Positions 63,906 through 64,000 of a stretch of 64,000 bases of DNA are shown one piece after another (the first letter of the stretch is position 1; each line of letters starts with the position of its first letter). The position numbers were made by a program, and so were the translations under genes. A model generated the notes under the pieces. That model was not told the origin of the DNA, made no database searches, and saw nothing but the letters and a program-made list of their open reading frames with translations. The stretch covers positions 124,001-188,000 of IMG/VR virus record IMGVR_UViG_3300044644_001125; one strand, given 5' to 3'.

Positions 63906-64000
63906 ATACGTTATCTATCTTTAGGAACCCAAAAAAATGAAAACAACTGATATCTTTAAAATCAACCGAGCATCGCATCGTCTAAATGAATCGATGGAGA

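Noticed and set aside
1-64000. Stop-codon reassignment and tRNA genes
   Set aside because: Long genes are intact in the standard code, all three stops are used, and no cloverleaf/TTCGA pattern was recognised

Overview
AT-rich 64 kb segment of a large, probably jumbo T4-superfamily-like dsDNA phage genome. It carries host-sigma70 TTGACA..TATAAT promoters, T4-like TAAATA late promoters, DNA ligase, Rnl1, PAAR, tail-fibre genes, three solo TnpB elements and four homing-type endonucleases. The left ~45 kb is accessory or early; 45.9-64 kb is mostly late or structural. Most notable: (1) a 17-gene translationally coupled tandem array (33.3-37.2 kb), plus 9 dispersed copies, of mini DUF1566/Lcl-like C-type-lectin-fold genes with a DNA-level conserved junction and two hypervariable segments, one copy carrying what looks like a DGR-mutagenised variable region; (2) 19 copies of a 22-nt hairpin with tandem G.A mismatches and covarying stems; (3) a recurrent TAAAAGAT(A/G)AT motif shared by promoters and array junctions; (4) a ~470-nt highly structured ncRNA candidate next to iteron-like repeats; (5) late genes sharing a T4 capsid-targeting-like N-terminus; (6) a TnpB that has replaced the middle of a sulfotransferase gene and has mutually complementary flanks. 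No tRNA, CRISPR array or reverse transcriptase was seen. All family calls are from motif recognition by eye, not database searches.
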